NCBI GenBank assembly: GCA_964016885.1
Contig: OZ024751.1
Location: 35,030,001 to 35,094,000 of the forward strand
From: Eledone cirrhosa
Taxonomy: Eukaryota
DNA: 64,000 nucleotides
Direction: 5' to 3'
Shown: positions 37,446-51,385 of the stretch, one piece after another
Position numbering within the stretch: the first letter of the stretch is position 1
How the letters are laid out: each line of letters opens with the position of its first letter
Notes under the pieces: model-generated
The model's input: only the letters and a program-made list of their open reading frames with translations
What the model was told of the DNA's origin: nothing
Databases searched by the model: none
Program-made: the position numbers and the translations under genes

Positions 37446-39401
37446 TCATAACGGTACGCGATGGGACCCACCCACAGCCCCGGCGGACAGAATGGAGAAG
37501 GCGTTTCCCCGGAGCACGGCAAGGGAGACGCGCTGGAAAAGCCACTCCAACTCGCGGGGCTCACACCTGCGGCTGGCCAGCTCAGCGCCTATGGTGGTGA
37601 GTAAGGAGGTAGCCCTGGGGCCGAGGACACCAGAAGTCTCCACTTCCAGGGGTACGACCGCAAACCTGTCGGAGAGTGAACGATATGTGAGGAGTTTGGC
37701 CCCCTCAGCCTGACGTGCAGCAGAACCTGGGCCAGTCGCAGACTGCACCAGGTTGCGGCTGCAGAAAGTGTCGGTGCAAGTGGCATCCCAGACGAGGGGT
37801 TTGCCACCGCGGAACGGGAAGATGGTCATGCCATCTAGCCTTTTGCCGTCCCCTCGAGCTGGGAAGGGAAGCCTGCAGCGTCCAAGCCATGCTTAATGAC
37901 TTCGTTGAGGGCAGCATGGCGTGGATTGCGGGTGGAGGCCGAAAGAGTCCATGGTGGAACGGCAGCGACATTGGTGTGAGGCCGAGCCTCAGGGAAACGC
38001 CGATGCGCAAGCTATTGTCGTCTAGCTGCGTGCGAGTGGAGAAGGAGGGCAGGGCATGGAGCCAGGCCCCACTGTGGGGTTTGGAGGCTGCACGAAAACA
38101 AACAAGGCGGTGCTGGTCGAGCTGGCACGTGAGCCTGTCTGAGGCCAGGCTGCACTGGATGGCATCCCAAGTGTGTTGGGGGGGACTTGACGTCAACAGG
38201 GGGAGAAGGAGGAGGAACGTCTACTGGGCTAAGTCCCAGCCGGTCCCACGTCTCACAGGCGGCCACGCGTTCTCTGAACACAGAGGGTTCTGTTGTGTTT
38301 TGAAGAACCCTGCTGAAGAGGACGTGGTACGAGGTTACCGACGAAAGATATGCCGGCAAAGCTAGTGAGATCGGGGACTGGAGGCGAAGGCCGCCATACC
38401 TGACAGGTAAAGTTGCATATCTCATCGGCTGCTGCTCGGATACAAGTTTAGGTGTAGCACAGAGTGTATAGAGGAGCTTCGGCATGGCGTAGCAGTTCCT
38501 CAGCAGAAAGAGAACTGGGTGGCCATCAATCAAGCCCAGTCGGCTCGTGAGAGTCTGGACTTGATGGAGGAGCGGATGGCCGGCGGGTGGATCGGTGAGG
38601 GGGTCACCTGAACCTGGCGGAGAATGGACCGCACGTCCAAGACGGAGACTGCAAAGCTTGCAGTATCGAGGCTGACATTCACCACCTCCGACTTGGCTGA
38701 GTTGACCTGGAGGTCGATTCCCGCCAGGGCAGGAACCACCGATTGAAGGTCATGGCAGATCGCCTGTACGGGCCCACCCAAAGTAGCATCATCCAGATAC
38801 CAAACGTTGAGAGGGGCCGTTATACTCCAGGCGATGTGGTCAATACCAAGGGTGAACAGGAGGGGTCCCAAAGGGTTGCCCTGTTGGATCCCAGTAGCCA
38901 AGGGTATGACCGTATCAGCAGCATGGCGCATGCTTGGGGCTCCATATGACAGGTAGGCAGAGGGGGCTCGGCTGAGGCAGGCCTCGAGCAGATGATCCCA
39001 GCGTAAAGAGTTGAAGGCATTCCTCATGTCAAACTTGACAATGAGGTGGCTGGAGTCCCTGGATGCCGGTTCCGAGTGTTACGGACTTGCAGATTACCTT
39101 GGCAGCCAGCCTCCGGAAGACATTGCCCACAGCAATGGGGCGTATGCCATCCTCTTTCTTCCTGAGAGCGGTGAGGCTGGCCGAAAAAAAGAGGCCTCGA
39201 GCATAAGAGTCCAGGGCGCCATGGATGAGCCTATTGGTGAGCGCCACAATTGCACTCAGAAGGCGGCGCCCGGCCTCAGCGGAGAGGGGAGATATCAACT
39301 CCTTGAGGAGGCCTGGTCAGAGACCATCAACATCTCCGCAGCTGCTAGCTGGGAAGGACCTGATGGCGGACATGATGTCTGCATCAGAAGCCACAAGGAG
39401 C
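37446..39401 (-). mobile_element. Decayed CRE-clade element, B-type
   Basis: Carries the B-type deletions. Confidence 0.88.
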
Positions 39402-40050
39402 AAGTGTGGATTACAATACAAAACCTCTGAGAATGATTTCTAAGATATTTCACCATAATTAATTTTCATCAATATATATTAATATTATTATTGTTTATTA
39501 GGTCAGGTGGATTGGCCAGAACAATTCTACTCTTCTTTTTTAGATGTCACGATTTTTCATGGCATTCCTGAGATCATTAATCTCCAGCTGGAGATCCAGA
39601 GACATCTGATGTATGTAGGTGAACCTCAGTCATCCCACTTGGCTCTTACTATGTTTAGGTATCAACCACAGGAGCCAGCTCATCAGGTCATCCTACCCTC
39701 AGCAGCAATGTCCAGCATCTATTGATTTCCGCTCCCTAGTTATTGTGGTAATCTTCGATATCTGGGAATATATTTCTTCTGCTTAAGGGAGTAATAAATA
39801 TATAGTTTTAAAAAAAACATATATATACACACACATATATATATGTTGTCATTTATAAGAGCTCTCTATCAAAAGCCTTCTCTATGTCCAAAGCTAAGTA
39901 TAGTGGCTTATTTTTCTCTAAGAACCTCTTTTGTAGTTGTCTCACTAAGAAGAGGGCATCTGTTGCACTTTTCAGCGGCACAAAACCAAACTGCATCTCA
40001 TACACATACATACATATACATACATACATACATATACACATACATACATA

Positions 40051-40406
40051 CATCATCATCATCATCATCATCATCATTTCGTTTTAAGTCCGCTTTTTCC
40101 CTGCTTGCAAATGTGGGACGGGAACTGATTCTAGCTTGATTTCTACAGCTGGATGCCCTTCCTAACACCAACCTCATTTACAGTGAGTGCTGGGTGCTTT
40201 TTTGCCGTGGCACCTCCACGACCACTTTGCAGTGGAATGATATGGACCCCAGTCCCTATCATCTCATTTCTACAGCTGAGTAAACTGGAGCAATGTGAAA
40301 TAAAGTGTCTTGCTCAAGGAAACAACACATCACCCGGTCTGAGAATTGAACTCACAACCTTTCGATTGCCAGGCCAATGCTCGAACCACTAAGCCATGTG
40401 CCTCCA
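40051..40406 (-). mobile_element. tRNA-CORE SINE copy
   Basis: Copy of 12425-12780. Confidence 0.85.
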
Positions 40407-40893
40407 TATACATATACATATACATACACATACATATACATATACATACATATATATATACATACATAGATATATACACATACATACATACATACACATA
40501 CATACACATATACATACATATATATACATACATACACATACATAGATATATATATATAAATATACATACATACACATACATAAGCATATACACATAAGTA
40601 TATATACATATACACACGTATATATACATATACATACATACATATATACACATACATACATATATACATAAATACACACATATACATACACATACATACA
40701 TATACATACATATACACATACATACATATATATATATACGTACACACACATATATACATACACACACATATATACAAACACATACATATACACATATATA
40801 CACATACATACACATACATATACATACATATACACATATACACTCATATATACATATACATACATACACACACATATATACATATACATACAT

Positions 40894-41441
40894 AAAGACA
40901 AATCCACCTCATGGACGAGAATGCAAGGGCTCCTCCTCTTTGTTTCGGCCGCGGATGGCTAACCCTAACCCCATCCCCCCTCCCCACCGCTCCCAACCTC
41001 CAAACGCAATCCAAAACTTCAGAGTTGGTACCATTAATGTAGGCACCTTATAGGGTGGCTCTAACGAGGTTGTAGAAATGCTTGAACGTAAGGAGGTCGA
41101 TGTTTGTTGTATTCAAGAGACCAGGTGGAGGGGTGGGTCTGCTAGATTCATCGTGGGTAAAGAACGATGCTATACGCTTTTCTGTGTGGCAAATGACAAT
41201 GGGCTGGGTATACACATACCACCCCACCGCCCCACCGCAAAGTGGTCGTGGAGGGGCCGCGGCCAAAAAGCACCCAGCCCACACTGTAAAGCTGACGTGG
41301 AGGTGCCACGGAAAAAAAAAAGCACCCAGCACTCACTGCAAACGGGGTTGGCGTCAGGAAGGGCACCCAGCTGTAGAAACCAATCCAGAATCAGCTCCCA
41401 CCCCACCCTTGCAAGCATGGAAAAGCGGACGTATGATGAAG
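40894..41441 (+). mobile_element. Bipartite RTE derivative copy (mosaic C/D variants)
   Basis: Copy of 13276-13823 with the YTLF variant of 19211-19758. Confidence 0.82.
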
Positions 41442-41442
41442 T

Positions 41443-41495
<53 letters not shown>

Positions 41496-43345
41496 TATAT
41501 ATATACACATATATATATACACACATATATATCAGTGTACATATATATATACATATATATATATATATAAATGAATATTTATTCAATTTAAAGCGCCAAT
41601 TATCTATATATAACAAGATATGAATTTTTCTAGGGATGGGGAAATTTTCAGTTTGTTTTTATATTTTCACTTCATTTTTTACTTTCTATTTAATACAGTC
41701 TTTGATCCAATATAATCCTGACAGTATTTGAACCAGTTTACCTCATATATATGTATGCACACACAACACTCAAGTTTCGCCATCTACTGCTATTTCATTC
41801 ATATTTATTGTTTAATTAACTCTGGTCTAATTCATCAACTATTGTTAATTATATTATTACGTAGATTTCTTATAAAATCTAGTGCATATATACGTGTATA
41901 TATACAGGGAGACACTGTAATAGATGTAAAGAGAGTGGGAGATAGAGTTATAGAAGTAAAGAGAGGGGGAGAAATAAGCGGTAGATAGAGTAATAGATGT
42001 AAAGAGAGGGTTAGAACGTTCAACTTGACAGTCAGTACAATGTTCAGCATGGTAGCCAGTACATATGCCAACTACCCAACCGGCCAGCCAGCCGCATATG
42101 CGGTTGACTGGCCAGTGGGGCGGGTGGTATGTGGAACGTTCAACTACGCAGTCAGTACCAAAGTTCAACATTGTAGCCAGTGCATATGCCGATCGCCGCG
42201 CCCTCTTTGCTCTATTTTAATGACCTGGAACTAAGTAAAAAGAGTAGGAGATAACTCGACAAGAGCGGAGAGGGTGAGATTCTAACCATGTAAAGTCGTT
42301 GGCTCCTGAACTTCGTAAGCGGGGCTGCTACTGACTGAGCAGCGCCGGCAGCAAGGCAAATCGCGCATAAAATAACGCTTATATCGACAAAAAAAAAAAA
42401 AAAAATTTCAATGTTGCACTCTTGTTTGTTGTTCTTTTAGTTTACGTAAACATTTCGCTGCTCTAGCCTCTTATTTCCTATTAGATTACACTTAATTCCA
42501 TTAAACATTCATTCTTAGTCTCGTGGTAAACTATTTCATCTATATTTATATCGCTGTTACAGCCTTTTATTTCTACATCTATCACCTATAGCCACTGTTA
42601 CGCCGGTAGTATAAGTAGCTTTATAACAAGAAACGATGATATAACTCCACAAAATGTCTTCTTCAGCAAGACACTTCACTTCATATTGCTCCAGTACACC
42701 GAGTTACACATAGACAGATACATACATACATACACAGATAGAAATGAGAGGTAGATAGAGTAAAAGATTTAAAGAGAGTGTGAGAAGTACGAGTTAGATA
42801 GTGTAAAAGATTTAAAGAGAGGGTGAGAGTGTGACACACATTTATCTGTCTATCTCTCTCTATTTTAACACCGGTCGTTATAATTAGTTTTATAACACCG
42901 CTATATTACCGACATGAAAGAGGTAAATAATTATTTCTTAAATGTTTAGAACATGTTTCTCTTGTCTTCTTAAATGTATAGAACATGTTTCTTATTTATA
43001 TTCTTAACATAGCTAGGACCTTATCTCATTTACTGGTCTCTACTTTTAGGGCTTTGCTGGTCCCATGTGCCCTCCATGAAGACACACTCGCCCCTTCTCT
43101 CTCAGTCTCCGTACTAATTACTACACATACGTATATATATTTATTTTAAGAAACCTTAATGACAAATAATATAAAGTGTTTGTAAAGTGGGGAAGAGTAG
43201 TTTTACGGTGGGGTTGTTATATAGATATCGTTTTTGCAGTGGGGTCGTGACTGGCGTATAATAATGAGTCACTGTTGATGTATATACAAATCATGTTTTG
43301 GATATAAGTGAAGTTATTTAAGAGATTTAGTTGTTTTGTATACAT

Positions 43346-45315
43346 TCATAACGGTACGCGATGGGACCCACCCACAGCCCCGGCGGACAGAATGGAGAAG
43401 GCGTTTCCCCGGAGCACGGCAAGGGAGACGCGCTGGAAAAGCCACTCCAACTCGCGGGGCTCACACCTGCGGCTGGCCAGCTCAGCGCCTATGGTGGTGA
43501 GTAAGGAGGTAGCCCTGGGGCCGAGGACACCAGAAGTCTCCACTTCCAGGGGTACGACCGCAAACCTGTCGGAGAGTGAACGATATGTGAGGAGTTTGGC
43601 CCCCTCAGCCTGACGTGCAGCAGAACCTGGGCCAGTCGCAGACTGCACCAGGTTGCGGCTGCAGAAAGTGTCGGTGCAAGTGGCATCCCAGACGAGGGGT
43701 TTGCCACCGCGGAACGGGAAGATGGTCATGCCATCTAGCCTTTTGCCGTCCCCTCGAGCTGGGAAGGGAAGCCTGCAGCGTCCAAGCCATGCTTAATGAC
43801 TTCGTTGAGGGCAGCATGGCGTGGATTGCGGGTGGAGGCCGAAAGAGTCCATGGTGGAACGGCAGCGACATTGGTGTGAGGCCGAGCCTCAGGGAAACGC
43901 CGATGCGCAAGCTATTGTCGTCTAGCTGCGTGCGAGTGGAGAAGGAGGGCAGGGCATGGAGCCAGGCCCCACTGTGGGGTTTGGAGGCTGCACGAAAACA
44001 AACAAGGCGGTGCTGGTCGAGCTGGCACGTGAGCCTGTCTGAGGCCAGGCTGCACTGGATGGCATCCCAAGTGTGTTGGGGGGGACTTGACGTCAACAGG
44101 GGGAGAAGGAGGAGGAACGTCTACTGGGCTAAGTCCCAGCCGGTCCCACGTCTCACAGGCGGCCACGCGTTCTCTGAACACAGAGGGTTCTGTTGTGTTT
44201 TGAAGAACCCTGCTGAAGAGGACGTGGTACGAGGTTACCGACGAAAGATATGCCGGCAAAGCTAGTGAGATCGGGGACTGGAGGCGAAGGCCGCCATACC
44301 TGACAGGTAAAGTTGCATATCTCATCGGCTGCTGCTCGGATACAAGTTTAGGTGTAGCACAGAGTGTATAGAGGAGCTTCGGCATGGCGTAGCAGTTCCT
44401 CAGCAGAAAGAGAACTGGGTGGCCATCAATCAAGCCCAGTCGGCTCGTGAGAGTCTGGACTTGATGGAGGAGCGGATGGCCGGCGGGTGGATCGGTGAGG
44501 GCATCCTCTTTGGGGGGTCACCTGAACCTGGCGGAGAATGGACCGCACGTCCAAGACGGAGACTGCAAAGCTTGCAGCATCGAGGCTGACATTCACCACC
44601 TCCGACTTGGCTGAGTTGACCTGGAGGTCGATTCCCGCCAGGGCAGGAACCACCGATTGAAGGTCATGGCAGACCGCCTGTACGGGCCCACCCAAAGTAG
44701 CATCATCCAGATACCAAACGTTGAGAGGGGCCGTTATACTCCAGGCGATGTGGTCAATACCAAGGGTGAACAGGAGGGGTCCCAAAGGGTTGCCCTGTTG
44801 GATCCCAGTAGCCAAGGGTATGACCGTATCAGCAGCATGGCGCATGCTTGGGGCTCCATATGACAGGTAGGCAGAGGGGGCTCGGCTGAGGCAGGCCTCG
44901 AGCAGATGATCCCAGCGTAAAGAGTTGAAGGCATTCCTCATGTCAAACTTGACAATGAGGTGGCTGGAGGCCCTGGATGCCGGTTCCGAGTGTTACGGAC
45001 TTGCAGATTACCTTGGCAGCCAGCCTCCGGAAGACATTGCCCACAGCAATGGGGCGTATGCCATCCTCTTTCTTCCTGAGAGCGGTGAGGCTGGCCGAAA
45101 AAAAGAGGCCTCGAGCATAAGAGTCCAGGGCGCCATGGATGAGCCTATTGGTGAGCGCCACAATTGCACTCAGAAGGCGGCGCCCGGCCTCAGCGGAGAG
45201 GGGAGATATCAACTCCTTGAGGAGGCCTGGTCAGAGACCATCAACATCTCCGCAGCTGCTAGCTGGGAAGGACCTGATGGCGGACATGATGTCTGCATCA
45301 GAAGCCACAAGGAGC
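43346..45315 (-). mobile_element. Decayed CRE-clade element, D-type
   Basis: ORF 44426..44941 equals 22757..23272. Confidence 0.88.
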
Positions 45316-46254
45316 AAGTGTGGATTACAATACAAAACCTCTGAGAATGATTTCTAAGATATTTCACCATAATTAATTTTCATCAATATATATTAATATT
45401 ATTATTGTTTATTAGGTCAGGTGGATTGGCCAGAACAATTCTACTCTTCTTTTTTAGATGTCACGATTTTTCATGGCATTCCTGAGATCATTAATCTCCA
45501 GCTGGAGATCCAGAGACATCTGATGTATGTAGGTGAACCTCAGTCATCCCACTTGGCTCTTACTATGTTTAGGTATCCACCACAGGAGCCAGCTCATCAG
45601 GTCATCCTACCCTCAGCAGCAATGTCCAGCATCTATTGATTTCCGCTCCCTAGTTATTGTGGTAATCTTCGATATCTGGGAATATATTTCTTCTGCTTAA
45701 GGGAGTAATAAATATATAGTTTTAAAAAAAACATATATATACACACACATATATATATGTTGTCATTTATAAGAGTTCTCTATCAAAAGCCTTCTCTATG
45801 TCCAAAGCTAAGTATAGTGGCTTATTTTTCTCTAAGAACCTCTTTTGTAGTTGTCTCACTAAGAAGAGGGCATCTGTTGCACTTTTCAGCGGCTTAATTA
45901 ATTAATGAGGTTTAATTAATGAGGAATTTTGAGGTATTTATAACAATTATTAATTATTTCATTACTGAGATATCATTTGAAGGACTTACTAATGTTTTTA
46001 TTTATTAATTATTTTATTAGTAACTTAACATGTGGTTCTTGTATAAAATTATGTTGGAAGATTTTAGGAAGATGCTATGTAGCCGGTCGCGGTAAAATAG
46101 ACGCCCAGGCTATGTAGCCGGTAAGAGTGTCAGACTCCATGTGTTGCGGCCCTTTATGGTCTGAGTTAAGACAATTTAAAATCTTTTCCACCATCAATTG
46201 TTAAAAAACAAGTTAAAATCATTTTGTCGTCCATTTGTAACGTACGTTACACTT

Positions 46255-47051
46255 TAGTTACATACACATATACTATGTTACATACACACATCTACTCTGT
46301 TACATACACACACATCAACTGGGTTGTATACACACACATCTACTGCGTTACATACACATCTACTGTGTTACACACACATCTACTGTGTTACATACACACA
46401 CATCTACTGAGTTACATACACACACATCTACTGTGTTACATACACACACATCTTCTGTGTTACATACACACATCTACTATGTTACATACACACATCTACT
46501 GTGTTACATACACACACCTGTGTTACATACACACACATCTACTGAGTTACATACACACAGATCTACTGTGTTACATACACACACATCTACTGTGTTACAC
46601 ACATCTTCTATGTTACATACACACAATCTACTGTGTTACATACACACATCTACTGAGTTACATACACACACATCTACTGAGTTACATACACACACATGTA
46701 CTGTGTTACATACACACATCTACTGTGTTACATACATACACATCTACTGTGTTACATACATACACATCTACTGTTACATACACACATCTACCGTGTTACA
46801 CACACACATCTACCGTGTTACACACACACATCTACCGTGTTACACACACACATCTACCGTGTTACACACACACATCTACTGAGTTACATACACATATACT
46901 GAGTTACATGCAAACACACATCTACTCTGTTACATATACACATCTACTGTGTTACATACACATCTACTGTGATACACACACACACATCTACTCATACATA
47001 TTCATAAATTGACACACATTATACAAATAATTATTACATACACACACATCT
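46255..47051 (+). repeat. Minisatellite, second copy
   Basis: Copy of 24586-25382. Confidence 0.92.
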
Positions 47052-47819
47052 CTGTAATAATTCAGGAAGGAAGGGGCTGGTGAAACGCTATAGCAATGTG
47101 TGTGTGTTGTGTACCTTTCAGGTTTACCGGTTTCGTAGCCTATTTGAAGATTTTATTATAATTATGAACCTTATAATTCAATTAATTATGAATAATTTTG
47201 AGCTATTTATCACAATTGTTAGTTAATTACTAACATAGTAACTTACCATATGGTTGTTATATAGAATTTTGTTGGAAGACTTTAATTTAGATAGGAACCA
47301 TTTCCATAGTACGAGAACTAATTTTGGCTGGGTTTCTACCAAAAGGGTTAATGAAGAATTTTGAACAATTTACTAAAATTATTAATTATTTCATTACTAA
47401 GATAATGTGTGAATACACAATTATATGTGTGTATATATATATAAACAGTATATATATATATAGTATATATATATATAAACAGTATATATATATATAGTAT
47501 ATATATATATAAACAGTATATATATAGTATACAAAAGATGTAGTGGGATAGTGTGTAGTCTTAAGACAAGTCTGTCCAGATAGCTGCGCTGTAACTTACA
47601 CTTATTGGGACTGTGTGTTGGCAAGCAGGCCTGTATTTTGGGATCTAGCTGGTCCATTATGAGGGAGGTCTGGTTAGTTGGCAGCACCATGCCTTACTTG
47701 TGGTATATGTATGTATAGAAATAAGTTATTGTATATGCATAACTGTCCATCTATATGTATACATGTATGTTTACTTATATCTTTGCATACATATATACAT
47801 TTTCAGATGTATACACGTA

Positions 47820-48956
47820 ATGGTCACCCGGATAGTAAACCAAGTCATACAGAATGGGGTTGTTCTGAAGGACTGGCGTAGCAGCATCATCATTAACTGT
47901 TACAAGGGTAAAGGAGATGCCCTAGATAGGAGTAACTATAGAGGCATTAAATTAATCGACCAGGTCATGAAGGTCACGGAAAAAGTAATAGCGCAACTAA
48001 TCAGAGAGAGAATTGATCTAGATGAAATGCAGTTCGGGTTTGTGTCAGGTAAAAGTACCACAGACGCTCTTTTCATTGTACGACAACTACAGGAGAAGTA
48101 CCTAGTTAAAAGTAAACCCCTATACTTAGCTTTTGTTGACTTGGAGAAAGCCTTCGACAGAGTCCCCCGTTCCATTATCTGGTGGGCTCTTAGAAAACTA
48201 GGTGTTGAGGAATGGCTTGTGAGAGCTATACGAGCCATGTATAAAGAAACAGTCAGCAAGGTTAGAATTAACAACGAATATAGTGAAGAGTTTAGCGTAA
48301 AAGTTGGTGTTCATCAGGGCTCCGTCCTTAGCCCCCTACTATTTATTATTGCCCTTCAGGCTATAACAGTGGAGTTCAAGACCGGCTGCCCATGGGAACT
48401 CCTATACGCAGATGATCTAACGCTCATAGCTGAATCAATGGCCGAGCTAGAGAAGAAATTCCAAACATGGAAGCAAGGCCTAGAATCAGAAGGCCTTAAA
48501 ATTAACCTGGCTAAGACTAAAGTTCTAGTTTGTAGGAAAGAAAATAAGGCGCCGGTCCCTTCCGGGAAATGGCCATGCTCAGTGTGTAGGAAAGGCGTAG
48601 GTAGAAACTCCATTTTATGTCCCAAATGCAAAGTATGGGTTCATAAAAGATGTAGTGGGATCACAGGTAAGCTAACTAAGAACATAGATTTTACATGTGG
48701 CCGGTGCTCTGGTGCAATAAGTAGCAGCAAGTGCCCACAAAATACTAGCTCTTTCAATTGCGCAGAGGGTTCTATAGAAATAGTGGACAGCTTCCGTTAC
48801 CTGGGTGACAAAATCAGCAGTGGGGGAGGGTGCTCTGAAAGTACAGTAGCTAGAGTCAGAACTGGATGGAAAAAGTTCAGAGAGCTTATACCACTATTAG
48901 CCGCTAAAGGGTTCTCCCTAAAAATGAAAGGCAGGTTGTATGATGCCTGCATATGA
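47820..48956 (+). pseudogene. RTE reverse transcriptase, open segment (second copy)
   Basis: Same as 26151..27287. Confidence 0.88.
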
Positions 48957-49742
48957 ACAGCAATGTTGCATGGCAGTGAGACCTGGGCATTGTGTGCAGA
49001 GGATATACGCAGACTAGAGAGGAACGAAGCTTGCATGCTTCGCTGGATGTGTAATAGTAATATATGTGAACGGCAAAGCATAAACGAACTAAGGGAAAAA
49101 TTAGAAATAAGAGGGATCAGATGTTGTGTACTCGAGAGAAGACTACGTTGGTATGGTCCACGTGATGCGGATGAAAGACGACAGCTGTATAAAAAAAATG
49201 CAGGGCAATAAAGATAGACGGTAGCCACGGAGTAGGCAGACCCAGAAAAACCTGGGACGACTTGATAAATTCCGACCTCACACACTTACACCTCTCCAAG
49301 ACAATGTCACTGGACCGAGATCTTTGGCGGTACTCAGTAATAGAGAAGACCCGCCTTACCTAGATACAAAGTAAAACCTACTACAGTCAGTAGGCACCTC
49401 TAACAAAATACACCCCCACCCCATCCACACCGCCCCTTTCAATGTAAAGTTATGTTGGTGCCACAACATCCAGGCCGAAACAAATGAGGTCGTGTAGGTG
49501 TCACGACAAAAAAAAAAAACACAGTCCACGCAGTAATGTGGCCGTGTAGGTAACACGGTAAAAACCTCTCAGTCCCACACTGTAAATGCGGTTGGTGTTA
49601 GGAAGGGCATCCAGCTGTAGAAAACCCGCCAGACAGTCCTATGCGAGCAAGACAACCACTCTTGCCTCAAGTGGGAAAATTCCCGTCCAAACCCATGCAA
49701 GCGTGGAATATGGACGTTAAACGATGATGATGATGATGATGA

Positions 49743-49746
<4 letters not shown>
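47820..49746 (+). mobile_element. 5'-truncated RTE-clade LINE, second copy
   Basis: ORF 47700..48956 has the same translation as 26031..27287 and the same lesions. Confidence 0.93.
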
Positions 49747-49776
<30 letters not shown>

Positions 49777-49868
49777 CTTTGACATTTCTTAGAAAAAAAA
49801 TGAAAAAGTTTTGTGAGAACCCCAATGTTTATTTATTTTATTTTATTTTTAAATAAAATTAATAACAT

Positions 49869-50506
49869 TAATTTTATTTTGAAATTAGGTTTATAAATAT
49901 TAATTATCAGCAGACCTTTGTAGCAGTCTTGGCGGCTTAGTGGGAAGTACCAGAGATGGTGAGGTCCTTGTCTGTAGGTTCAATCCTGGTCTGGGAGTTC
50001 AATCATTGCTGTAATGTGTCCTGTTAATCTTTTTTTAAATTTTCCTCAGAAAAAACTGAAAATCTTTGGTGAGAACCCCAATGTCTATTTATCTAATATA
50101 ATTTAATTTATTTTATTTTATTTTACTTTAGTTAAATTGTCAAAACCACTGGTGATCTAAAGTTAGAGGAGACAGATAAAATAGACATATTGTCTCCTCA
50201 ACCTTTAGATCTTCAGTGTTTTCGACAATTTAACTAAAATAAAAAATTAAATTCAATATAATTAAATAAATAGGGGTTCTCTTTTTCAAAGAGATATAGA
50301 AAGAAAATTATAAAAGATTAACATGACACCTTACATGTATCTCATGGACCAGGATTGAACCTGAGTCCCCAATTCAACCCTCAGACCAGGATTGAACACC
50401 CAGAACAGGATCTCACCATCTCTGGTACTTCCCACTAAGCTACCAAGACTGATACAAAGATGTACTGAAATTTAATATTTATAAACCTACTTTCAAAATA
50501 AAATTA
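49869..50506. repeat. Palindrome, third copy
   Basis: Copy of 571-1208. Confidence 0.85.
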
Positions 50507-51339
50507 AAAATAAAATATATATATATATATATTCCTTTGACATTTCTTAGAAAAAAGAACTGAAAAAGTTTTGTGAGAACGCCAATGTCTATTTATTTTA
50601 TTTTATTTTTAATTAAATTAGTTATATTTTGAAAGTAGGTTTATAAATATTAATTTTCAATAGACCTTTGTAGCAGTCTTGGTGGCTTAGTGGGAAGTAC
50701 CAGAGATGGTGAGATCCTTGTCTGTAAGTTCAATTCTTGCTTGGAGACATGTCTAATGTGTCCTATTAATCTTTTTTTAATTTTCCTTTTACATCTCTTA
50801 GAAATAACTGAAAATCTTTGGTGAGAACCCCAATGTCTATTTATCTAATATAATTAATTTAATTTAATTTAATTTAATTTTTATTTTAGTGAAACCACTG
50901 TTGTATTCAAGAGACCAGGTGGAGGGGTGGGTCTGCTAGATTCATCGTGGGTAAAGAACGGTGCTATGAACTTTTCTGGGTGGGAAATGACAATGGGCTG
51001 GGTATACACATACCACCCCACCACCCCACCGTAAAGTGGTCGTGGAGGCGCCACGGCAAAAAAGCACCCAGCCCGCTCTGTAAAGCTGACGTGGAGGTGC
51101 CACGGAAAAAAAAAAAGCACCCAGCACTCACTGCAAACTGGGTTGGCGTCAGGAAGGGCACCCAGCTGTAGAAACCAATCCAGAATCAGCTCCCACCCCA
51201 CCCTTGCAAGCATGGAAAAGCGGACGTATGATGAAGTTGATATATATATATATATATTAGTATATATATACACATACATATGTACACATATACACATACA
51301 TATATATATATATATACACACACATATATATCAGTGTAC

Positions 51340-51385
<46 letters not shown>

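Larger units (their letters stand above)
29226..45893. repeat. Tandem array of ~5.9 kb composite monomers (unit 2)
   Basis: Periods 5962 and 5900 bp. Confidence 0.95.
27626..49294. repeat. Higher-order repeat unit 2 (3 monomers + spacer, 21,669 bp)
   Basis: Spacer RT ORF 26031 recurs at 47700 (offset 21669); only three CRE copies (31484, 37446, 43346). Confidence 0.95.
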
